From the NCBI GenBank assembly GCA_030696105.1, contig JAUYNJ010000001.1, positions 134,903 through 198,902 of the forward strand: DNA of 64,000 nt, read 5' to 3'. The translations under genes were made by a program, and so were the position numbers. Shown here in pieces: positions 1 to 9,343 of the stretch. Each line of letters begins with the position of its first letter. Position 1 is the first letter of the stretch. The notes under the pieces were generated by a model, which saw only the letters and a program-made list of their open reading frames with translations, was not told where the DNA came from and ran no database searches. The stretch comes from a bacterium (GTDB lineage Bacteria; Patescibacteriota; Patescibacteriia; Patescibacteriales; UBA12465).

Positions 1-18
1 TTGTTTTTATATACTACG

Positions 19-90
19 AGCGGGTAAGGGGAATCGAACCCCTTTCTCAACCATGGCAAGGTTGCATAATAACCATTATACGATACCCGC
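19..90 (-). tRNA. tRNA-Gly (anticodon GCC)
   Basis: Cloverleaf folded by hand on the minus strand: acceptor GCGGGTA/TACCCGC, anticodon stem CAACC/GGTTG with loop TTGCCAT, T-arm AGGGG-TTCGATT-CCCCT, discriminator U. CCA is not encoded. Confidence 0.85.
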
Positions 91-170
91 AAAAACTATA
101 TAACTTATATAGCAAATAAAAAGAAGCAAGGCAAGCCCTAAAATTGGGGAAAATTTGATTTCGTAAGAAA

Positions 171-192
171 TTCGTGCCGCGGGCGGGAATCG
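171..192. repeat. 22-bp direct repeat (ttcgtgccgcgggcgggaatcg), identical to 349-370, which is the 3' end of tRNA-Leu plus 4 nt of flank
   Basis: Exact 22/22 match read directly from the sequence. The downstream copy is part of an intact tRNA-Leu; this upstream copy has no tRNA body attached. Confidence 0.7.
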
Positions 193-348
193 GTCACGGT
201 CGCTAAGTCTCGCTTGTCCGCCCTGGGCGGACTGCGCTCACTAAGCGCCCCGACCCGGCCTCGCGATGCCTGCGGCATATCGCTCCGGCTTTCTCTTCCC
301 GACGCGAGCAAATCAATTTGCTCGCTCCCTTGCCCTCATGCTATCGCA
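193..348. other. GC-rich highly structured 156-bp segment between the two repeat copies; identity unknown (possible att-site remnant or small structured RNA)
   Basis: The local GC content is far above the surrounding AT-rich DNA. It contains several strong hairpins: GTCCGCC-ctg-GGCGGAC, GCGAGCAAAT..ATTTGCTCGC, and GCGATGCC..GGCATATCGC. I could not find tRNA, SRP or RNase P consensus motifs. Confidence 0.3.
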
Positions 349-352
349 TTCG

Positions 353-436
353 TGCCGCGGGCGGGAATCGAACCCGCACTGTATCTCTACAACTGGATTT
401 TAAGTCCAGCGCGTCTACCAGTTCCGCCACCGCGGC
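353..436 (-). tRNA. tRNA-Leu (anticodon TAA), class II long variable arm
   Basis: Minus strand: acceptor GCCGCGG/CCGCGGC, discriminator A, anticodon stem CTGGA/TCCAG with loop CTTAAAA, roughly 15-nt variable arm, T-arm GCGGG-TTCGATT-CCCGC. Confidence 0.85.
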
Positions 437-445
437 AAGATAATT

Positions 446-830
446 GTGGAGATGATGGGAGTTGAACCCATGTCTAATAAGTGACCCTAGATACGTTTAC
501 ATAAATAGCCTGATTTATTTGTGTCACCAACGTTCTCAAAAATCAGACAAAAGAAACGTCAGTCACCCCTCGTTGTGTCGAAATCATCAGGAGGGGACCA
601 GTGATTTCCAAGCCTCGATAATGACACCGGTTGTTGATGCTGAGGCAGCACCAGTCCGATGGCTATGGCTATTTTTTAATTAAGCCATAACAGGGGCGTA
701 ACTCGGAACATTCCAAGTAAACGCCTTTGCAGTGTTTTTGACACTTGTTTTTTAGGTTATTTTTACGGTTTAACCAAAACCCGCTATGAATATCTAAGGA
801 CAATCTTAATTATCGATACCCGGCATCCCC
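446..830 (-). ncRNA. ssrA: tmRNA (ssrA), one-piece, about 385 nt
   Basis: Minus strand. The 5' end is GGGGATG and the 3' end is ATGGG-TTCAACT-CCCAT-CATCTCC-A, which form a tRNA-Ala-like acceptor with a G3:U70 wobble. The 3' end closely resembles the E. coli ssrA 3' end GGGUUCAACUCCCGCCAGCUCCA. An internal tag reading frame GCA AAG GCG ... ATG GCT TAA (plus coordinates 730 down to 680) ends in GCU UAA as in E. coli. The smpB gene is immediately adjacent. Confidence 0.65.
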
Positions 831-841
831 GGTATCCATAA

Positions 842-1312
842 CTATCTGCTGTTGCCCTGTCTTTTTGTTAATGTCCTTATTTGCCTTTCCACGTCGCGCT
901 TCTTAATTGCTTCGCGTTTGTCATACTTCTTTTTACCGCGACCTAAGGCAAATTCTAACTTTACAAAACTGCGTTTAGTATACATTTTCAACGGAACGAG
1001 TGTCAAGCCCTTTTCTTGGGTTTTTCCGACGAGGTGCGCTAACTCCTTCTTCGTCAGCAGCAACTTCCTTTCCTGAGTCGGATTATACCCCTCTAACTGA
1101 CCAGCATAGCTGTATGCAGAGATATGAGCGTTAAGCAGCCAGGCTTCGGGTCCGCTTAGCTTGTTGCGTAAACTGATATGAGCACCTTTTAAGTTGACGT
1201 GCCCTGCTTTAGCGGACTTTGCTTCCTGTCCAGACAATATTAACCCCGCCTCATAGTTTTCTAGGAGTTCAAAATCAAAACTAGCTCTGCGATTGTGTGC
1301 CAGTGTCGGCAT
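842..1312 (-). CDS. smpB: SsrA-binding protein SmpB
   Basis: 156 aa with the SmpB-like N-terminus (AHNRRASFDFELLENYEAGLILSGQEAKS) and a basic C-terminal tail, adjacent to the tmRNA gene. The ATG overlaps the tig 3' end by 32 nt. Confidence 0.9.
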   Translation of the reverse strand: MPTLAHNRRASFDFELLENYEAGLILSGQEAKSAKAGHVNLKGAHISLRNKLSGPEAWLLNAHISAYSYAGQLEGYNPTQERKLLLTKKELAHLVGKTQEKGLTLVPLKMYTKRSFVKLEFALGRGKKKYDKREAIKKRDVERQIRTLTKRQGNSR

Positions 1313-2591
1313 AATTCCATTTTTTTAACTTCGATATAACTTCATCATTAAACATCATGTTTTCTAGATGGCGGCGATACTCGGGAGCAGCCATGCGCTT
1401 CACCGCTTCGGCGTCTTGCGCATACATTTTCTTATAGGCTTCAAGCTTTTCATCTATTGCTTCTTTTTTCACTTCAACTTTTTCAATAATACCAACCTCA
1501 CGAATAATGAGAGCGGTTTTAATTCTCTTCACGGCATTAGGTAATAAATCTAAACGTAATGCCTCTTTCGTCTTATTGATATGTTTTAAATAATCTTCAA
1601 AATTACCACCCTGACTAATGACGTTACGCTCTAGCTCCTGCATCATGCCGTCAGACTCACTGGCAATAAGAGTATCTGGAATATCCCCAAACTTTGCCTT
1701 ATCGGCAATCGCCTCTAGCATTTTTAATTCCGACTTTATATCGGCTTGTCTTTCACGATCAGCGGCAATATTTTTTTTGATTGCATCTTTTAAATCATCA
1801 ACATTCTTAAAATGCATTTCCTTAGCTAATTCATCGCTTAGAGCGGGTAGTTCACGCTTATAAACAGCGGTCGCCTTTACTTCAAATTCAACCATCTTGC
1901 CAGCCAAATGCGCCTGATGATGTGTTGCTGGATATTGCAATTTGAATTCTCTTTTTTCATCTGCTTTAATGCCGGTAACCTTATCATCAAAACCTGGAAC
2001 CATATATTCTTTACCAAGCATCACCGTGACATCCTTAGCTTGTCCGCCTTCAACTGGGACTTTATCAAGACTGATGTTAATGTTTAACATTAACTTATCA
2101 CCAAGCTTTGCCGGCTCATCAGTTAATGACTCTTTTGCGCGCATCTCAATAATTTCTTTCAGGGTTTTTTCAATATCTTCACTTGAGACAACAACTTCTT
2201 CGCGCTTAATCTTTAAATCCTTATACAAACCAAGAGCAACTGTAGGTAACAAAGAAATTGTAACTTTATATTCAAGAGGGTTACCTGGCGCCAATTTTGT
2301 AATCTCGACATTTGGCTGTCCAACCGGCTGCCTGCCGGCTAATTCCTTAGCAAATATTTCATCAATGGTTTTACGAATAGCAATATGGGCCGCTTCCTCT
2401 AAAATGCTAATTTCACCAACTTTCTGCTTTAAAACGTCGTAGGGAACTTTGCCAGCGCGAAAGCCTTCAATCTTAACATGTTCTGAAATGTGCTTGGCAC
2501 CTTTTTCAATATATGGCTCAAATTCGCCAACTTCCAGGATTACAGTTAACTCTACCGCTGATTTTTCTAAGTCCTTTTTTGTTACTTGCAT
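1281..2591 (-). CDS. tig: trigger factor (ribosome-associated chaperone / PPIase)
   Basis: 436 aa. The N-terminal ribosome-binding domain and overall length are typical of Tig. Confidence 0.85.
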   Translation of the reverse strand: MQVTKKDLEKSAVELTVILEVGEFEPYIEKGAKHISEHVKIEGFRAGKVPYDVLKQKVGEISILEEAAHIAIRKTIDEIFAKELAGRQPVGQPNVEITKLAPGNPLEYKVTISLLPTVALGLYKDLKIKREEVVVSSEDIEKTLKEIIEMRAKESLTDEPAKLGDKLMLNINISLDKVPVEGGQAKDVTVMLGKEYMVPGFDDKVTGIKADEKREFKLQYPATHHQAHLAGKMVEFEVKATAVYKRELPALSDELAKEMHFKNVDDLKDAIKKNIAADRERQADIKSELKMLEAIADKAKFGDIPDTLIASESDGMMQELERNVISQGGNFEDYLKHINKTKEALRLDLLPNAVKRIKTALIIREVGIIEKVEVKKEAIDEKLEAYKKMYAQDAEAVKRMAAPEYRRHLENMMFNDEVISKLKKWNYADTGTQSQS

Positions 2592-2745
2592 ATTCTTATT
2601 ACAATTAGAAACGAGCCTTGTTGAGCTCGCTTGATTTATTCCTTTATTCCTTATATCTTAGCATTTAATTAAGAAAAGGCAAGTTTGACTTTTTTTCAAC
2701 AATATACTAAAGTCACGCTATGTTCACTTAAAAAGGAGGTATATC

Positions 2746-3069
2746 ATGTCGTACTGGATATCAGTCCAAGTAATTAATAAGAAGCCTGTGTCAGGAAAAC
2801 CCTTCTCATCCGAAGAGGTTAATGAGGAAAGTATTAGACGCGGAGGGATTTCAAGGGTAGATATCTGTTACCCTACAAAATACTACCTACGCGAAATGGT
2901 GGAGGCTGAGTATTTTACATTTGACAACACAGGTCCGCAACTACGTTATCAAGCGACTGAGCAATTTCTCGTCCTCGCCAAAGCACACCCACAGTGTGTT
3001 GAAAAGGGCATCAGAATTGATTTAATGGCCTGCCTGAGAGAGCTACACCGCGCCCTAGGAGAAGCTTAG
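2746..3069 (+). CDS. hypothetical protein (107 aa)
   Basis: Strong SD (aaaaaggaggtatatc) directly upstream of the ATG. I recognise no family. Confidence 0.5.
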   Translation: MSYWISVQVINKKPVSGKPFSSEEVNEESIRRGGISRVDICYPTKYYLREMVEAEYFTFDNTGPQLRYQATEQFLVLAKAHPQCVEKGIRIDLMACLRELHRALGEA

Positions 3070-3144
3070 TAATCATCGCCAATGCGAATCAAAAAAGCGC
3101 CAGCTTAATATATGCGGCGCTTCTTTTTTTTTGCTTTTTCTGTT

Positions 3145-5142
3145 TTAAATCAGTAGACCGATAATTAATAAGGCAACGATGTTTAGAACCTTGATCATTG
3201 GGTTAATTGCAGGACCAGCGGTGTCTTTATAAGGATCGCCGACAGTGTCACCGGTCACAGCCGCTTTGTGAGCATCTGAGCCCTTGCCACCGAAATGACC
3301 AAGTTCAATATACTTCTTGGCATTATCCCAAGCGCCGCCACCAGAGGTCATTGAGATGGCCACAAAGACACCGGTAATAATAGAGCCGACTAGTAAGCCG
3401 CCAAGAGCATCGATGCCAAGACCAAAACCAACTACAATCGGCACAACAATCGGAATAGCAGCCGGAACAATCATTTCTTTTAAAGCCGCTTTAGTAACGA
3501 TATCAACGGTACGGCCGTAATCTGGTTTTTCAGTGCCAGCCATAATACCTAACTTCTCCTTAAACTGAGCACGCACATCATCAACCACGGCGCCAGCGGT
3601 ACGTCCGACAGCCTTCATAGTTAATGCGCCGAAATAGTATGGAAGTAATCCACCAATAAATAAGCCGGCGAGAACGTATGGATTATCAATTAAAAACTGT
3701 TTGTCGCTAGGCAAGTAATGTGTGAAGTCAGCAAAGAGCACGAGGGCCGCCAAAGCAGCTGAGCCGATAGCGTAACCTTTAGTCACGGCTTTCGTAGTAT
3801 TACCAACCGCATCAAGCGGATCAGTGATGTTACGCACATCTTCGCCTAACTCTGCCATTTCCGCGATACCACCTGCGTTATCAGTAATTGGACCATAAGC
3901 ATCAATTGTAACGATGATGCCGGCCATTGATAACATGGCAACAGCCGCCACTGCTACTCCGTATAAACCAGCCAAAGCGTGAGCACCTAAAATTGCAGCG
4001 ACGATTACTAGAATCGGTAAGGCAGTTGACTGCATAGAAACTGCGAGACCAGCAATCACGTTAGTGCCGTGTCCGGTACGTGATGCTTCCGCAATACTTT
4101 TTACCGGAGCGAACTTAGTTGAAGTATAGTATTCAGTGATAACAACTAATGCAGCGGTCACAACCAAACCGATGAGACTGGCAAAATATAGATTTAAAGC
4201 TAAAGCTGCGTCCGAAATAAACATCATTGTCAACGGATAAAAGGCAATGGCGGATAAAACGCCAGCAGCAATTAGTCCTTTATACAAAGCGCGCATGATG
4301 TGTTGTTTTTTTCCAAGACGAATAAAGAAAATACCGATGATAGAAGCGATGATGGAGACGGCCCCTAAAACAAGAGGGTAGATAACAATATCAGTGTTTC
4401 CTGGGAATAATAATGAGCCAAGCACCATCGCGGCAATTGAGGTCACCGCATACGTTTCAAATAAGTCAGCTGCCATACCAGCACAATCACCAACGTTGTC
4501 ACCAACGTTGTCAGCAATAACAGCTGGGTTGCGAGGGTCATCTTCAGGAATACTGGCCTCGACTTTGCCGACAAGGTCAGCGCCAACATCAGCTGCTTTA
4601 GTGTAAATGCCGCCACCGAGACGAGCAAAGATTGAAACTAAGGATCCACCAAAGGCAAAACCAATCAAGGCAGTTAAAGTTTCTTTTTCACTTATAAACT
4701 GCAAGGCTAATAAATAAAACCCGGCTGTACCTAAAAGTGCTAGTCCGACGACCAGCATACCAGTAACGCTGCCGCCACGCACGGCGACGTTCATAGCTTT
4801 TTGTAAGCCACCGCGAGCAGCTTCAGTTGTGCGCACGTTTGCGCGCACACTCACAAACATACCGATGTAACCGGCAAGACCAGAGAAAAATGCCCCCAAG
4901 AGGAAGGCGGCCGCAGTCCACCAGCTTAAGAATAAGCCAAGAACTACAAATAAAATGATGGCCACAATCGCCACGGTGCGATATTGGCGATTTAAGAAGG
5001 CGCGAGCTCCGTCCTGAATGGCGGCAGCAATCTCCTTCATTTTTTCGTTGCCCGCAGGCAAGCGCAAAACAGCAGCCACAGCAATTAAGCCATAAATGAT
5101 GGCGACCACTGCACTACCGAGGATTAAAAGATTTGTCAGCAT
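3145..5142 (-). CDS. hppA: membrane-bound H+/Na+-translocating pyrophosphatase (V-PPase)
   Basis: H+-PPase signature regions are present ([41 protein letters not shown]) with many TM helices. I moved the start to the internal ATG at 5142 ([10 protein letters not shown]). The longer ORF to 5280 would overlap nusA and encodes a basic low-complexity extension. Confidence 0.9.
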   Translation of the reverse strand: MLTNLLILGSAVVAIIYGLIAVAAVLRLPAGNEKMKEIAAAIQDGARAFLNRQYRTVAIVAIILFVVLGLFLSWWTAAAFLLGAFFSGLAGYIGMFVSVRANVRTTEAARGGLQKAMNVAVRGGSVTGMLVVGLALLGTAGFYLLALQFISEKETLTALIGFAFGGSLVSIFARLGGGIYTKAADVGADLVGKVEASIPEDDPRNPAVIADNVGDNVGDCAGMAADLFETYAVTSIAAMVLGSLLFPGNTDIVIYPLVLGAVSIIASIIGIFFIRLGKKQHIMRALYKGLIAAGVLSAIAFYPLTMMFISDAALALNLYFASLIGLVVTAALVVITEYYTSTKFAPVKSIAEASRTGHGTNVIAGLAVSMQSTALPILVIVAAILGAHALAGLYGVAVAAVAMLSMAGIIVTIDAYGPITDNAGGIAEMAELGEDVRNITDPLDAVGNTTKAVTKGYAIGSAALAALVLFADFTHYLPSDKQFLIDNPYVLAGLFIGGLLPYYFGALTMKAVGRTAGAVVDDVRAQFKEKLGIMAGTEKPDYGRTVDIVTKAALKEMIVPAAIPIVVPIVVGFGLGIDALGGLLVGSIITGVFVAISMTSGGGAWDNAKKYIELGHFGGKGSDAHKAAVTGDTVGDPYKDTAGPAINPMIKVLNIVALLIIGLLI

Positions 5143-5170
5143 ATTGATATTATTAATTAAATTTTTACTT

Positions 5171-6412
5171 TTATTCCTCCTTGCTTTCTTCCGCCGGATT
5201 CTCCTCGACAACGTCAATATCAGCAACGATAATGTTTTCATCTTCACTGTCAGCAATTTTTTTCTCACCTTCAGCTTCAATAATGTCGATTTTCCAGGTT
5301 GTCAGATGTGCTGCTAAGCGAACGTTCTGACCACTCTTACCAATCGCTAAGGATAATTTATCAGCAGCAACCTTTACGATTGCTTTATGATTCTCCTCAT
5401 CCAACTCAATGCTAGAAATTTTAGCTGGAGACAAAGCGTTAGCAATAAACTTTGCTGGGTCCTCATCATATTCGATAATATCGACTTTTTCCCCGCCTAA
5501 TTCTGAAATAATTGTCTGTATGCGAGCCCCGCGTTGTCCGACGCAGGAACCAACTGGGTCAACGTTCTCCGCTTCAGTATAAATCGCGACCTTAGAGCGC
5601 GAACCAGCTTCACGGGCAACTGCCTTAATCTCTACTAAGCCGTTAGCTATTTCCGGAATTTCTAAGTAAAAAATCTTTTTTAATATTTCTTCACTTCTTC
5701 TTGATAGAATTATTTCTGGACCCTTGTGACCTTCGCGCACTTCTTTAATGTATACTTTTACGCGCTCACCTGGGCGGTAGAATTCATTGAATATTTGCTC
5801 CTCTGGCGGCAATATACCGATGGCCTTGCCTAGGTCGACAAATACCATGCGACCCTCATTTCTTTGCACAACCCCACCGACGACTTCATGCTCCTTATCT
5901 TTAAATTCATGAAGAACCATATCACGCTCCATTTCGCGGAGCTTTTGAATAATTACTTGCTTTGCTGTTTGCGCAGCCATACGTCCATATGACTCTGGAA
6001 TTGGTAACTCGGTCATTATCTCGTCGCCTACTTTCACGTCGTGTTTAAAAATTACAGCGGCCTTAACCTGAATATCTGTCTTAGGGTTAAATTTACGTTC
6101 CTTCTCTTCGTCGTCACCTACAACTACCTCGCGCTTTTCTTCCTTCTCATCACGCTTATAGTCAGGGTCATTTAGACGGCGAATCATTTCTTCTTCCTCC
6201 TCTGCGGGTAAGTTTTCGACGACTGTTTTTACATCATAAATCTCCGACTTTGCCGTTACCGGGTCGAAAATGACTTTGATGTTCTGATTCTTTTCGCCGT
6301 AGTCCTTACGATAGGCAGCGGCGAGCGCCAGCTCAATCGTATTAACGACTGCCTGGTAATCTAGGTTTTTTTCTTCGCACACCTGCTTGATGGCGTTAGT
6401 TAAATCGGACAT
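5171..6412 (-). CDS. nusA: transcription termination/antitermination factor NusA
   Basis: 413 aa with the NusA N-terminal domain followed by S1 and KH regions and an acidic C-terminus. Confidence 0.9.
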   Translation of the reverse strand: MSDLTNAIKQVCEEKNLDYQAVVNTIELALAAAYRKDYGEKNQNIKVIFDPVTAKSEIYDVKTVVENLPAEEEEEMIRRLNDPDYKRDEKEEKREVVVGDDEEKERKFNPKTDIQVKAAVIFKHDVKVGDEIMTELPIPESYGRMAAQTAKQVIIQKLREMERDMVLHEFKDKEHEVVGGVVQRNEGRMVFVDLGKAIGILPPEEQIFNEFYRPGERVKVYIKEVREGHKGPEIILSRRSEEILKKIFYLEIPEIANGLVEIKAVAREAGSRSKVAIYTEAENVDPVGSCVGQRGARIQTIISELGGEKVDIIEYDEDPAKFIANALSPAKISSIELDEENHKAIVKVAADKLSLAIGKSGQNVRLAAHLTTWKIDIIEAEGEKKIADSEDENIIVADIDVVEENPAEESKEE

Positions 6413-6556
6413 AGTTTTAAACCATTGTCACTCAGAAAGAGTAAAAATGGGGTAATTAATTGCTACTTAAAGAAAAAGCCAATTGTATTCAACAATCAGC
6501 TTTCTAATAGACAATATAGCAAATATTGTTGAAAAAGTCAACGAAAATTTCCGCGC

Positions 6557-6979
6557 CTAGGGAAGTAGTGGATTGTTGCCAACCGCGGCGGCAAGATTCC
6601 TCATAATGAAGTAGGTAATACCCCAGGCACCCAAAATAATTAGTAAGCCAATAACACCCTGCGTTATTTGCTTTATCGCGGCTCTTGTCTGCTCCTCATT
6701 GCCGGCAGCAGTCATATATTTAAAGCCCGCAATTACTAAAATGATGACAAAGATTATGCCAATAAGCGAAAGTATGGAAACAATAATGCGTGCGGCTGTA
6801 TACCTTATATCCGCAGGATCCTCAGGACCGAAGGCAGATTTAATCTCACCATTCTCCTTAAATCCATACTGACTGCCAAGCAATGACTCGTCTGCCATTA
6901 CTGGCTGAACTGGAAATAGTAGGCTCACCTGAAAAAAAGCGATGGCAATGAGTAAAGTAAGTGATAGTTTTCTTTTCAT
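6557..6979 (-). CDS. TrbC/VirB2-like pilin-family small membrane protein (paralog G)
   Basis: Signal peptide, then a hydrophobic helix, then the motif KYMTAAGNEEQTRAAIKQ, then a second hydrophobic helix. Same architecture as the tandem array at 52.2-54.8 kb. Confidence 0.65.
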   Translation of the reverse strand: MKRKLSLTLLIAIAFFQVSLLFPVQPVMADESLLGSQYGFKENGEIKSAFGPEDPADIRYTAARIIVSILSLIGIIFVIILVIAGFKYMTAAGNEEQTRAAIKQITQGVIGLLIILGAWGITYFIMRNLAAAVGNNPLLP

Positions 6980-7050
6980 AAGTAATGCTCATTAATTTAA
7001 TGATATGATATAATCATTATATAAAAACTTCCCAGAAATAACAAGAAATT

Positions 7051-8487
7051 ATGAGCTTGCAGCGTAAAATATTCCGCAATACCCTCATCCAAATAATTGG
7101 TAAAATAGCCTCAACCGGTCTTAACCTTTTTGCGTTTGCCTTAATGACGCGAGAATTAGGACAGGCGGGCTTCGGTGAATACACGACCGCCATTACCTTC
7201 TTGTCATTTTTTGCTATTATCGCTGACTTAGGATTAACCCTCGTAACCGCACAGATGATTAGCAGTGAACCCGAGAAGGAGGAACAAATTCTTGGTAATT
7301 TGTTTGGGCTTCGTTTGATTTCTGCTCTACTCTTTATTGGCTTAGCACCGGCCGTCGTCCTGCTCTTCGACTATAGCTCGGGCATTAAGATGGGTGTTTT
7401 ACTAGCCGCTGCCTCATTTATCTTTACCGCCTTAAATCAAATAATGGTTGGGCTCTTTCAAAATCGTTTGAAAATGGATCGTGTGGCCTGGGCTGAAACA
7501 TTAAGTCGCTTCGTATTAATCACCGGCGTCATCTTATCCGTCGTCTTTGACTGGGGTTTATACGGCATATTAATAACGACTTCAGCAGCGAGTCTAGCTA
7601 GTTTTCTTTTGCACTTTTATTTTGCTAAGCAGTTTGCACGCATTAGACCCTTATTTGAACGTGCCTGGTGGCGCAAAATTATCGCCTTATCCTGGCCCCT
7701 CGCCATTACTATCGCCTTCAATCTTATCTACCTGCGCGCCGACACCTTAATCTTGTCTCTTATTAAAGGCCAAGAAGAGGTTGGACTTTACGGTGCAGCG
7801 TATAAGATAATTGATGTGCTCAGCTCCTTGCCTTTTATGTTCGCTGGTATTATATTGCCTTTACTGGTCACTGCCTGGCAGTTAAAAGATAACGAGCGCT
7901 TTAGTAAAGTCCTGCAAAAATCATTTGATGTCATGGCGATGTCGGCTTTGCCAATTGTCGTTGGCGCTCAGTTCTTAGCGGACGAAATCATCATTCTGAT
8001 TGCCGGACCCGAATTTAGCGAAGCGGGAGCCATCCTGCGTATCCTGATTTTGGCGGTCGCCGCTATTTTCTTGGGTAATATGGCGGCTCATGCTATTATT
8101 GCGGTTAAAGCCCAGAAGAAAGTGATAGGCATTTACGTATTTACCGGCATAAGCTCGCTGCTTGCCTATCTTTACCTTATCCCTCGCTATTCATATTTTG
8201 GAGCAGCGGCCGTGACGGTCTACAGCGAAAGCGCAATTACCATTCTAACCGGCATCTTTCTATATCGTCATTTGAAACTACGCTTAAACTTATCAGGCCT
8301 CACTAAGGCTGTAATTGCCTCGGCTGTAATGGGCGCCCTGCTCTGGTTCTGGCCCAGTGCCTACGCTGACACTATATTAGGATTACTCGCAACTTTAACT
8401 TTAGCCACCCTCACCTATTTTGCTTCTTTGTTCTTGCTGCGAGCATTCTCAAAAAGCGATTTAGAATTAATAATGAAACAGAAATAA
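7051..8487 (+). CDS. MOP-superfamily polysaccharide/oligosaccharide flippase (Wzx/MurJ-like)
   Basis: 478 aa with about 12-14 TM helices and a flippase-like N-terminus (IFRNTLIQIIGKIASTGLNLFAFALMTRELG). Confidence 0.65.
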   Translation: MSLQRKIFRNTLIQIIGKIASTGLNLFAFALMTRELGQAGFGEYTTAITFLSFFAIIADLGLTLVTAQMISSEPEKEEQILGNLFGLRLISALLFIGLAPAVVLLFDYSSGIKMGVLLAAASFIFTALNQIMVGLFQNRLKMDRVAWAETLSRFVLITGVILSVVFDWGLYGILITTSAASLASFLLHFYFAKQFARIRPLFERAWWRKIIALSWPLAITIAFNLIYLRADTLILSLIKGQEEVGLYGAAYKIIDVLSSLPFMFAGIILPLLVTAWQLKDNERFSKVLQKSFDVMAMSALPIVVGAQFLADEIIILIAGPEFSEAGAILRILILAVAAIFLGNMAAHAIIAVKAQKKVIGIYVFTGISSLLAYLYLIPRYSYFGAAAVTVYSESAITILTGIFLYRHLKLRLNLSGLTKAVIASAVMGALLWFWPSAYADTILGLLATLTLATLTYFASLFLLRAFSKSDLELIMKQK

Positions 8488-8489
8488 TT

Positions 8490-9278
8490 ATGAAAACATT
8501 AGAAACGCCTCACGGCGCAATAAAAATATTACATGAGGATGACGATTTGTTAATCATCGACAAACCATCTGGCTTAGTCGTGCACGAGGGAGACACAACT
8601 ACGGAGCCCACACTCGCCGATTACTTACTCGCCGCTTATCCCAAGATCGCCGGCGTTGGTGAAGATGAACTGAGACCCGGTATTGTCCATCGCCTTGACC
8701 GTGAAGCGAGCGGCTTAATGGTTATTGCGCGCAATAATAAAGCCTTCGAACACTTAAAGAAACAGTTTAAGAAAAGAACAATTAAAAAAGAATACATTGC
8801 CCTAGTTTTTGGAAAAGTCATAAAAGACGAAGGTAAAATATTATTTCCTATTGTTCGTTCACGCGCCGGCTTCAAGATGGCGGCCCTACCAATGAGTGCT
8901 GATAAAATTGAAGAGTCAAAAAAGGGACGTTTGTCCAACCGCGACAAAGGCGTCATTGAAGCTTATGAAAAATCTCGTGAAGCCATCACCGAATTCGAGG
9001 TTACAAAAAAATGGAATCATTTAAGTCTACTAAGCGTAAAAATAAAGACTGGTCGCACTCATCAAATTAGAGTTCACTTCGCTGCCTACGGACACCCACT
9101 CGTCGGCGATGATATCTATGGCACCCCGAAGACTAAGGCGCGTAATAAAAAAATCAATCTGGGACGTATCTTCCTGCACGCCCACAAACTAAGCTTCACT
9201 GGTTTAAACAAGGAAAAAAAGGAATTTGTTTCAGATCTACCGGACAATCTTTCCGGATATCTTAACAAACAAAAATAA
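8490..9278 (+). CDS. RluA-family 23S rRNA/tRNA pseudouridine synthase
   Basis: Catalytic motif HRLDREASGLMVIARN. The start lies 3 bp after the stop of the upstream gene. Confidence 0.85.
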   Translation: MKTLETPHGAIKILHEDDDLLIIDKPSGLVVHEGDTTTEPTLADYLLAAYPKIAGVGEDELRPGIVHRLDREASGLMVIARNNKAFEHLKKQFKKRTIKKEYIALVFGKVIKDEGKILFPIVRSRAGFKMAALPMSADKIEESKKGRLSNRDKGVIEAYEKSREAITEFEVTKKWNHLSLLSVKIKTGRTHQIRVHFAAYGHPLVGDDIYGTPKTKARNKKINLGRIFLHAHKLSFTGLNKEKKEFVSDLPDNLSGYLNKQK

Positions 9279-9343
9279 TTTTGACAACGAGGCCGTAATT
9301 TCCTATAATAACGTAATAAAGAAACTAATTATTAATAAACAAT

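Noticed and set aside
193-348. GC-rich segment as a tRNA with an intron, or as SRP or RNase P RNA
   Set aside because: No acceptor-stem partner or T-loop for a second tRNA. No GGAAGCAGC/AGGUCAGG SRP motif and no GAAAGUCCGG/ACAGAACCCGGCUUA RNase P motifs were found on either strand.
214-683. Plus-strand ORFs 214-465 and 462-683 from the ORF track
   Set aside because: They lie antisense across tRNA-Leu, the GC-rich segment and the tmRNA. They have no SD and a repetitive or low-complexity composition, so they are spurious.
5143-5280. N-terminal extension of the H+-PPase ORF ([10 protein letters not shown]...)
   Set aside because: It overlaps the nusA coding region and is basic and low-complexity. 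The internal ATG at 5142 gives a canonical PPase N-terminus.
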